From positions 340,421-372,420 of the forward strand of contig JBFWVL010000001.1 in NCBI GenBank assembly GCA_050246755.1: 32,000 bases of DNA, read 5' to 3'. This stretch comes from Bacteriovoracia bacterium (GTDB lineage Bacteria; Bdellovibrionota; UBA1018; CAIPTA01). This document shows, piece after piece, positions 1 to 6,650 of this stretch. Both the position numbers and the translations under genes were made by a program. The notes beneath the pieces are model-generated. The model saw only the letters and a list, made by a program, of their open reading frames with translations, had not been told where the DNA came from and searched no databases. Every line of letters starts with the position of its first letter. The stretch's first letter is position 1.

Positions 1-380
1 TTCATCGCGGGCGCGAGTAGAACCGGCCCCTGGAAAGCGAGCGCTTCGGTGAGGAGGGCGTCGTCCGCAATTCCCTGGGCGTGCTTCGCCATGAAGTTCG
101 CGGTGGCGGGTGCCACCACCAGGAGTTCGCCCCACTGCGCAAGATCGATATGGGAAGTAGCGCTGAGGTCGCTCACGCCTTGCTGGAGCGAACGCAAAAC
201 GGGCTCACCCGAAAGGGAATGAAACGTAAGCGCCGAAACGAAGCTCTCGGCCGAAGCCGTCATCACCACGCGCACTTCGTGGCCGGCTTTTTTGAATAAG
301 CGCACGAGCTCGCAGGCTTTGTAGGCCGCGATTCCCCCCGTTACGCCAACGATGATTTTAGATTTTCCGGGCAAGGGCAT
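1..380 (-). CDS. coaBC: Phosphopantothenoylcysteine decarboxylase / phosphopantothenate-cysteine ligase (CoaBC/Dfp), N-terminal part only; continues past the left edge
   Basis: Absent from the ORF track because the window edge truncates it. My reverse-complement translation from ATG (comp. 380..378) reads MPLPGKSKIIVGVTGGIAAYKACELVRLFKKAGHEVRVVMTASAESFV...ELLVVAPATANFMAKHAQGIADDALLTE...VLLAPAMN. These are the flavoprotein (CoaC-domain) signatures GGIAAYK, APATAN and PAMN. It overlaps the coaX stop by 23 nt. Confidence 0.8.
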   Translation of the reverse strand, partial: MPLPGKSKIIVGVTGGIAAYKACELVRLFKKAGHEVRVVMTASAESFVSALTFHSLSGEPVLRSLQQGVSDLSATSHIDLAQWGELLVVAPATANFMAKHAQGIADDALLTEALAFQGPVLLAPAM

Positions 381-1095
381 AAAGGCCTTCCAAGGTTAAT
401 CGGGGCCGCTGCTGCGTGATCAGGCGCGACCTACCAGTTAAAAATTTCGCGTTGCCCCCGGTGGCAATCACCGCCGCCAGAGAAGGCAACCTACGCTCTT
501 CCACCATCCGCATCACCATGCCGTCTGCCTGGGCGGCAAACCCGTGGAGTACCCCGCTGCGGATGGCAGTTTCTGTGTTGTAGCCTACCACGGGAGAAAA
601 CTTATCGAGCTCAATCTTGTTTAGCTGAGCGGCATTATTAAGTAAGGCCTCATAGGAAATGGCCATTCCGGGGGCAATGGCGCCGCCCGGAAAGGAACGC
701 TTCTCAACGCCCTCCAGCAAATCGAATTTCGTGGCCGTGCCGGCATCGATCACGAGCACCGCACCGGGAATATCGGATACGGCCTCGAGGTTGGCGAGGC
801 GATCGATGCCCACTTTCTCGGGGCTTTCCACCTCGATGGAAAAACTCCAGGGCGAAGCGTGGGAGGCGAAGTGGACGCTGGAAGCGCGCGCGGAGAAAAA
901 AGCCTCCCAGGCCGCATTATGCGCGGGAACCACCGAGCCGATCACGGCCTTGGAAATTTTCTCTTCAAAGATGCCGGCGGCAGCGCCGGAGAAATCGTCG
1001 GCCGTGGAGAGCGTGCGCTCCGCCTTCAGCATTCCCTCATCGCCGTAGAGGGCGAGCTTGGTGCGGGTATTGCCGATGTCCACGATGGCGATCAC
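358..1095 (-). CDS. coaX: Type III pantothenate kinase
   Basis: 245 aa. The N-terminus MIAIVDIGNTRTKLALY has the ASKHA phosphate-1 motif typical of CoaX, with DAGTATKFD and ATGGNA further in. GTG start in a GTGA overlap with the panB stop. Confidence 0.9.
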   Translation of the reverse strand: MIAIVDIGNTRTKLALYGDEGMLKAERTLSTADDFSGAAAGIFEEKISKAVIGSVVPAHNAAWEAFFSARASSVHFASHASPWSFSIEVESPEKVGIDRLANLEAVSDIPGAVLVIDAGTATKFDLLEGVEKRSFPGGAIAPGMAISYEALLNNAAQLNKIELDKFSPVVGYNTETAIRSGVLHGFAAQADGMVMRMVEERRLPSLAAVIATGGNAKFLTGRSRLITQQRPRLTLEGLYALARKI

Positions 1096-1907
1096 TGCGA
1101 GAGCTCCGCTCCAGGGGAAGAAACCGTTTTGGTCTCGCGCACGAAATCCTCGGCGGCTTCCTTCACCAGGGCCTTCAGATCGAGGCGGGGCTTGGCGAAC
1201 TTGGGGGCTTTACCCGGGCTGAATCCCAACACATCGTTGATCACGAGCACTTCTCCGTCGCAAACTTTACCGGAGCCGATGCCGATCGTGAGGCAGGAAA
1301 CGGATTCGGTGATCACCCGCGCGAGCTGCTCGGTGATGCACTCGAGCACGATCGCAAAACATCCGGCGGCCTCGAGGGCTTTGGCTTCGCGCACGAGGCG
1401 CTCGGCGTCGGATTCGGTTTTGCCGTGAGTATAGTAGCCGCCCATCTGGTGCACAGATTGGGGCGTGAGGCCGATATGCCCCATCACCGGAATGCCCGCG
1501 TTCACGAGGCGGCGGATGGTTTCGCAAACTTCGGGGTAAGCGCCCTCGAGCTTCACGCCCTGGGCGCCGGCTTCGGCCAGGCAGCGCCCGGCGTTGCGGA
1601 GGGCTTCGTCGCCGTTCACTTGGTAGGTCATGAAGGGCAGATCTGCGATCACGAAGGCTTTCTTCGAGCCGCGCACCACGGCGCCGGTATGGGCGAGCAT
1701 CATGTCCATCGTTACGGGCAAGGTGCTCTCATAGCCGTAGACTACGTTGCCGAAGGAATCTCCCACGAGCAGGATCTCCACGCCGGCCTCATCGAGGCAC
1801 TGGGCGGTGACTACGTCGTAGGCCGTGAGCATGGCCACGCGCTCTTTATTTTTTTTCGCGCCGAGGGTGCGCAGGGTATGGCGGCGGATTTCGGTTTGTA
1901 CGCTCAT
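1092..1907 (-). CDS. panB: 3-methyl-2-oxobutanoate hydroxymethyltransferase (ketopantoate hydroxymethyltransferase)
   Basis: 271 aa with MLTAYD...LLVGDS...VIADLPFMTYQ...GAQGVKLEG...GIPVMGHIGLTPQS, a classical PanB motif series. ATGA overlap with the upstream gene. Confidence 0.95.
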   Translation of the reverse strand: MSVQTEIRRHTLRTLGAKKNKERVAMLTAYDVVTAQCLDEAGVEILLVGDSFGNVVYGYESTLPVTMDMMLAHTGAVVRGSKKAFVIADLPFMTYQVNGDEALRNAGRCLAEAGAQGVKLEGAYPEVCETIRRLVNAGIPVMGHIGLTPQSVHQMGGYYTHGKTESDAERLVREAKALEAAGCFAIVLECITEQLARVITESVSCLTIGIGSGKVCDGEVLVINDVLGFSPGKAPKFAKPRLDLKALVKEAAEDFVRETKTVSSPGAELSQ

Positions 1908-2791
1908 GGCTGCACCTCGGAGAGAGATTGCACGAGATCGCGCTTGGCGATATGCGCGCCCAGGCGCTCGGCGAAACCGCCGTTCTCGATCTCACGCCAT
2001 AGCGCTTCGGTGCGCACTTCGAGCTCGGCGGTGGGAAGGATCACTTCAGCGGCCTGCTGGCCTCCGTAGTAGGCGGCGGAGGAAACTTTCTTCAGCATTC
2101 CTTCCACGCCGTGCTCCACCATCATATCGGTGATTAGCTTCAGCTCGTTCAGGCATTCGTAGGTGGCCAACTCTTTATTGATGCCTTTGCCCACCAGGAA
2201 ATCGATGGTTTGCGTCACGAGCTTGGGCACCGCTCCGCAAAGGATCACTTGTTCGCTCAGTAAATCCGTTTTCGCTTCTTCCCCGAAGGTGGAGCGAATG
2301 AGCCCGATGCGGGAGAGGCCGAGCCCGTCGGCCACGTCTTTGGCGATTTCCCAGGCCTTGCCCGAGCCGTCTTGCTCCACTCCAAGCACGCCCATCACCC
2401 CGGAACCAGCCACATACGTTTCCCGTAATTTTTGACCAATCCCCTTGGGAGCCACGAGCACGAGATCGTCGGAAGCGCTCACCGGCAGCTTGCCAAAAGT
2501 AACGGCGAATCCATGAGCAAAGAGAAATTGTCTTCCACTCCCCCCCTCTAAATAACGGCGAAAAAAGCTGGGAATGGCTTCATCGGGGGTTAGGAGCGCA
2601 ATTGGCCCCGAAATAGAACGTAGGTCTTCAGCGGAAACTACGTTGAATCCGTCTAACTTTGCTTGAGCGATTCCCTTACCTTCCAGCCTGCCGGAAACCA
2701 CTACGTTCCACCCAGAATCCCGCAGGTTAGCCGCCCAGGCTCTGCCTTGATTTCCGTATCCCACTAGAGTAATTTGACGCTTGTTGGCCAT
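1904..2791 (-). CDS. Short ketol-acid reductoisomerase (IlvC)-like NAD(P)H oxidoreductase; probable ketopantoate reductase role from context
   Basis: 295 aa. The N-terminal Rossmann motif ITLVGYGNQGRAWAANLRDSG resembles KARI GYGSQGHAHA. LLTPDE, FAHGF, APKG, EEAKTDLLSEQ and YECLNELKLI correspond to KARI metal/substrate motifs. First gene of the KARI-like/panB/coaX/coaBC string. Confidence 0.75.
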   Translation of the reverse strand: MANKRQITLVGYGNQGRAWAANLRDSGWNVVVSGRLEGKGIAQAKLDGFNVVSAEDLRSISGPIALLTPDEAIPSFFRRYLEGGSGRQFLFAHGFAVTFGKLPVSASDDLVLVAPKGIGQKLRETYVAGSGVMGVLGVEQDGSGKAWEIAKDVADGLGLSRIGLIRSTFGEEAKTDLLSEQVILCGAVPKLVTQTIDFLVGKGINKELATYECLNELKLITDMMVEHGVEGMLKKVSSAAYYGGQQAAEVILPTAELEVRTEALWREIENGGFAERLGAHIAKRDLVQSLSEVQP

Positions 2792-2833
2792 AAATAGAGC
2801 TCCGCGTAAGGACTGCTTGTACCAGGGAAAGTT
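2792..2833. promoter_or_regulatory. 42-bp divergent intergenic region between the KARI-like/panB operon and the panD operon
   Basis: This is the only non-coding DNA between two divergently oriented start codons, so both promoters or leaders must lie here or inside flanking coding sequence. AGGGAAAG lies 4 nt before the panD ATG. I did not identify -35/-10 boxes. Confidence 0.3.
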
Positions 2834-3241
2834 ATGCTCCTCAACTTACTCAAAGCCAAGATCCATCGTGCCCAAATAACCGAGGCTAACCTCGCTTATG
2901 AGGGTAGCATCACCATCGATAAAACGATCATGGAAGCGGCCGGCATTTATGCCCATGAGCAGGTGCATATCGTGGACGTGGACAACGGATCCCGCTTCGT
3001 GACTTACGTGATCGAAGGCACCCCTGGCTCGGGCGTAATGTGCGTAAACGGTGCCGCGGCCCGTTTGGTGAGCCCTGGCGACAAAATCATCATCATTTCC
3101 TACGCCCAATTCACCAAAGAAGAGGCCCGCGAGCATCGCCCCCGGGTAGTTCTCATGGGCGAGAAAAACTCGGTAAAAGACGCCTACGACCTCCGCCCCG
3201 GCGTTCCCATCGATCCAGGACAGCCCCTGTCCCGTGTCTAA
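2834..3241 (+). CDS. panD: Aspartate 1-decarboxylase (pyruvoyl-dependent)
   Basis: 135 aa. MLLNLLKAKIHRAQITEANLAYEGSITID contains the Gly-Ser self-processing site, and VNGAAARLVSPGDKIIIISY is also present. Close resemblance to E. coli PanD over its whole length. Confidence 0.95.
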   Translation: MLLNLLKAKIHRAQITEANLAYEGSITIDKTIMEAAGIYAHEQVHIVDVDNGSRFVTYVIEGTPGSGVMCVNGAAARLVSPGDKIIIISYAQFTKEEAREHRPRVVLMGEKNSVKDAYDLRPGVPIDPGQPLSRV

Positions 3242-4775
3242 ACCAATCCTTCCCTGGAATACGCTCCAGCTCGACGGGGAGCTTTCCCTCTTGGAGCAGG
3301 ACCGCATATCCCATTCCGAAGACGCCTCCGTGCACCGCCTCGTGCCTGCCGCGGTAGCCTACCCCCGTACGAAACGAGATCTCGAGCGTATCCTCGCCTT
3401 CTGCCGCCTCCATTCTCTCCCCCTCCACGGCTGGGGTGCCGGAACCAGCCGTGGAGGCCAGCCCCTGGGAAACGGCCTCACGGTGGATTTCCGCAAATAT
3501 TTCCACCATATCCTCGGCTTCGACGAAGCCTCGCAGGAGCTCACGGTGGAAAGCGGCGCCCTCTATTCCGAAGTGCAAAAATACCTGCGCGCCCGCGGCC
3601 GGTCTTTCCCGCCCGATCCCTCCTACCACCAGTGCACGATCGGCGGCATGGTGGCCAATAATGCCGCCGGCATTCACTCCGTAAAATACGGCGGCACCGC
3701 CTCCTATATCGCGGCGATGGAATTTCTCACCAGCGACGGCGCCTGGCACCAAAGCGACCAGCCCGATGCGCTCACGGAAAAAGTGCAGGTTTTTCTCAAG
3801 AAAAATTCTTTTTCGGATTATCCGGCCGTGGAAAAAAATTCCGCGGGCTATGCCCTGAACCGCGGCCTCTCGGCGCAAGGCTACCTTGATCTAGCCCAGC
3901 TTCTCACCGGCAGCGAGGGGACGCTTGGCCTCTTTACGGAAATCCGCCTGCGCACGGTACCGCTCCCGACCGCCTCCTCCTTGGGCATCCTCTATTTTGA
4001 AAGCCTGGAATCCGCGTGCCGGGCCGCTATGGATCTACGAAGTTATGAAATTTCGGCCTGTGAGCTCGTGGATAAAGTGCTTTTGGACCTGCACGCGGCC
4101 GCCACTTCGGAACCAAAGCACGCGAAGAAAATTTCCGGAAATACCTTCCTCGATCTGTTCTACGAGAAAAAAGCGGAAGCGATTCTGGTGGTGGAAATAG
4201 AGGGAGGCTCTACTTCCGCAGCGGAAAAAACACTGCGTCAAGCGCTGGGTTCCGTGACTTCCCTCGATTCCCGCATCGCCCAGTCCCCCAAAGAATCCGC
4301 CCTGATCTGGGACCTGCGCCGCCATACCTCCCCCATTTTGAACCGCCTCGAAAATGGAAAGATCACCATCAAGCCTCTTTGGGCGGTAGAAGACGTTTCC
4401 TTGCCCAAGGAAAACTTCCTCCCTTACCTCACCGCGCAAAAGGCCCTCTTCACCAAACATGGCCTAACCTGCTCCTTCTTCGGCCACGCCGCGAGCTGCA
4501 ATCTGCATATCGATCCCATTGGGATCGATCCGCGTTTGGCACTCCAAAACGAAGAACTGGCGGCGCTATTTGATTTGGTGGCAGAGGAAAGCTACGAGCT
4601 CGTGGTGCGCTTCGGGGGCAGCATCAGCGGTGAGCACGGCGATGGTATTGCCCGCACCCCTTTCCTCAAACTCCAGTATCCAAGCAGCCACCGCTTATTC
4701 GGCCCCTTCAAGGCGCTCTTCGATCCATCTGGTATACTGAATCCAGGCAAGATCGTGGAGGTTCCGCATGCATGA
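3234..4775 (+). CDS. FAD-linked oxidase (GlcD / D-2-hydroxyacid dehydrogenase family)
   Basis: 513 aa. PCMH-type FAD-binding region (AVAYPRTKRDLERILAFCRLHSLPLHGWGAGTSRGGQ, TIGGMVANNAAGIHSVKYG) and C-terminal FAD-oxidase region (GGSISGEHGDGIAR...DPSGILNPGK). GTG start overlapping the panD stop by 8 nt. Confidence 0.8.
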   Translation: MSKPILPWNTLQLDGELSLLEQDRISHSEDASVHRLVPAAVAYPRTKRDLERILAFCRLHSLPLHGWGAGTSRGGQPLGNGLTVDFRKYFHHILGFDEASQELTVESGALYSEVQKYLRARGRSFPPDPSYHQCTIGGMVANNAAGIHSVKYGGTASYIAAMEFLTSDGAWHQSDQPDALTEKVQVFLKKNSFSDYPAVEKNSAGYALNRGLSAQGYLDLAQLLTGSEGTLGLFTEIRLRTVPLPTASSLGILYFESLESACRAAMDLRSYEISACELVDKVLLDLHAAATSEPKHAKKISGNTFLDLFYEKKAEAILVVEIEGGSTSAAEKTLRQALGSVTSLDSRIAQSPKESALIWDLRRHTSPILNRLENGKITIKPLWAVEDVSLPKENFLPYLTAQKALFTKHGLTCSFFGHAASCNLHIDPIGIDPRLALQNEELAALFDLVAEESYELVVRFGGSISGEHGDGIARTPFLKLQYPSSHRLFGPFKALFDPSGILNPGKIVEVPHA

Positions 4776-5841
4776 GTATTTTCCCTACGTGGCACTCGCC
4801 GTGATCGTGGGCACTCTCTGGGCATTCCGCCGTGGAAACGGCGTGCAGGCCGAGCTCCATCACCTGCGCGAAGAAGTGAGCCGCGCCCTCGCCGAGAATT
4901 CCCGGCAGAACCTCGAGCAGGTGGCCCTGCTCGCCACTCAGCTCAACGATCGAATGAAGGAAGCCAACGCTACCTTGCAGCATACCCAGAGCAACGTGGG
5001 CCATCGCCTCGATACCACCGCCCAGGTAGTGGGCCAGCTCCACCAGAAGCTCGGGCAACTCGAGGAGTCTTCCAAACAGATTTTTCAGCTCGGCCAGGGC
5101 CTCCAGGACCTCAAAGATATTTTAAAAAACCCCAAGCTCCGCGGGAATATGGGCGAGTTCTTCCTCGAAGATTTGCTGCGTCAGATCCTCCCGCCCGACC
5201 ACTATAAAATCCAGCATGCCTTCCGCAGCGGGGAGATCGTGGATGCCACCATTCGCCTGGGAGAAGCTTTTCTCTCCGTGGATTCCAAATTTCCCCTCGA
5301 AAGCTTCGTGCGCCTGGTGCAACTCCCCGACGGCGACGAAAATAAAAAACGCGAGCGCAAGGCCTTCGTGACCGCCATCAAGCGCCACGCCGACGCGATC
5401 GCCAAAAAATACATCCTGCCCGACGAGGGCACCTTCGATTTTGCCTTGATGTATATCCCGGCCGAAAATGTTTATTACGAAACCATCATCCGCGAGGAGC
5501 TGCTCGACGACGAAGGCTCGCTCTATTCTTATTTGCTCGGAAAAAAAGTGGTGCCGGTATCGCCCAATTCTCTCTACGCTTATTTACAAGTGATCGTGCT
5601 TGGGCTGCGCGGCCTGAAAGTGCAGGAACATGCCCAGCAAATGATGCTTGATCTGCAGCGCATCGAGGGAGACCTCGGACGTTTCCGCGAAGATTACTCG
5701 GTGCTCGGCAAACATCTCAAAAATGCTGGGGGCACCTACGACGAAGGCGCCAAACGCCTGGACCGTTTTCAGGGAAAACTCGGCATGCTCACCGAAGTGG
5801 GCGGAGTTCCCAAAAAGGAGGAAATTCATGGATCTCTATAG
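4768..5841 (+). CDS. rmuC: DNA recombination protein RmuC
   Basis: 357 aa with an N-terminal TM helix and a coiled-coil region. RmuC-type motifs follow: NPKLRGNMGEFFLEDLL, IVDATIRL...VDSKFPLESF, FALMYIPAENVYYE and VPVSPNSLYAYLQ. It overlaps the preceding stop by 8 nt. Confidence 0.85.
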   Translation: MHEYFPYVALAVIVGTLWAFRRGNGVQAELHHLREEVSRALAENSRQNLEQVALLATQLNDRMKEANATLQHTQSNVGHRLDTTAQVVGQLHQKLGQLEESSKQIFQLGQGLQDLKDILKNPKLRGNMGEFFLEDLLRQILPPDHYKIQHAFRSGEIVDATIRLGEAFLSVDSKFPLESFVRLVQLPDGDENKKRERKAFVTAIKRHADAIAKKYILPDEGTFDFALMYIPAENVYYETIIREELLDDEGSLYSYLLGKKVVPVSPNSLYAYLQVIVLGLRGLKVQEHAQQMMLDLQRIEGDLGRFREDYSVLGKHLKNAGGTYDEGAKRLDRFQGKLGMLTEVGGVPKKEEIHGSL

Positions 5842-6229
5842 CCGCAACTGGTTCCGCGCCCTCTCCTGGCTCTTGGTGCTCGCCTATATGGGTCTCATCT
5901 TCTGGCTGAGCTCGCTCACGGTTCTTCCCGTGGCCATGCGTTTTCCCTACGAGGATAAATTCATCCACGCCGCCGCCTACGCGGTAATGGGTTTTCTCGC
6001 GGCCAACGCGTTCAGCGAGGGCCCGCATAAAAAGCGTTTCTGGCTGGCCTTCATGGTGGCGTCTCTGTACGGAATCAGCGATGAGATCCACCAGGCCTTC
6101 GTTCCCGGCCGCGACGCTTCCGTGTGGGACTGGTGCGCCGATACCACCGGCGCCTGGATGGGGGCCTACCTCTATTTAAAGAGCGAACCGGTATGGCGCA
6201 AAAGCAAGCGAAACCCGCTACCGCGTTAG
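5828..6229 (+). CDS. VanZ-like family membrane protein
   Basis: The track ORF 5648..6229 is trimmed to the internal ATG at 5828 (MDLYSRNWFRALSWLLVLAYMGLIFWLSS). It has multiple TM helices, and DKFIHAAAY...SDEIHQAFVPGRDASVWDW matches the VanZ signature. The upstream 60 codons lie inside rmuC. Confidence 0.7.
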   Translation: MDLYSRNWFRALSWLLVLAYMGLIFWLSSLTVLPVAMRFPYEDKFIHAAAYAVMGFLAANAFSEGPHKKRFWLAFMVASLYGISDEIHQAFVPGRDASVWDWCADTTGAWMGAYLYLKSEPVWRKSKRNPLPR

Positions 6230-6307
6230 GCGCGCTAATCCTGCCAATATCTCAAATTCATTAAGCTTCTTTAGCTTTTCACCGAAGAGAAAGCTGGAGG
6301 ATTTTCC

Positions 6308-6649
6308 ATGCGTGCTCTCATCCTATTTTTGTTTTTGGTGATCGCCCTGCCGCTTCACGCGGAAGCCAAAACCGAAAAGAAAATCAATCTCAAGCCTCAG
6401 CACGGTAAATCGGAAGATCCCGGATCCGCCACTCACCTGATCTACGAAAGCCCGAAGAATTCCGAAAAAGCCTCCGAAGTGGACGGAAAAGGAAAAATCG
6501 TGGCCGGCCAAAACTGCACGGACCAGCTCGGGATGATTTATAAAAAAGGCGATAACGGCTACGAAGGCTGCCTCCGCACCATGGACGCCGCGAGACCAGA
6601 ATCCAGCGATCAGCGCCGCAAGAGCGTGGGCATCACCATCGGAAGATAA
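6308..6649 (+). CDS. Small exported protein, unknown function
   Basis: 113 aa. Signal peptide MRALILFLFLVIALPLHAEA, and a GGAGG Shine-Dalgarno 7 nt upstream. Its stop lies 1 nt before the next start. I recognise no family. Confidence 0.5.
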   Translation: MRALILFLFLVIALPLHAEAKTEKKINLKPQHGKSEDPGSATHLIYESPKNSEKASEVDGKGKIVAGQNCTDQLGMIYKKGDNGYEGCLRTMDAARPESSDQRRKSVGITIGR

Positions 6650-6650
6650 A

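Noticed and set aside
2834-3241. Possible functional link between panD (aspartate decarboxylase) and the aspartate predicted to be released by the proposed kynurenine pathway
   Set aside because: The genes are more than 10 kb apart, in different operons, separated by unrelated genes. panD sits in an ordinary pantothenate context. Most likely coincidence.
5648-5827. N-terminal extensions of track ORFs (5648, 14652, 15520, 20103, 21992, 26145, and TTG 13868)
   Set aside because: The extended parts overlap the preceding well-supported gene or have implausible N-termini. Internal ATGs give N-termini matching the families (VanZ, TDO, LLM, signal peptide, AmnA, PccB) and canonical 1-4 nt junctions with upstream stops.
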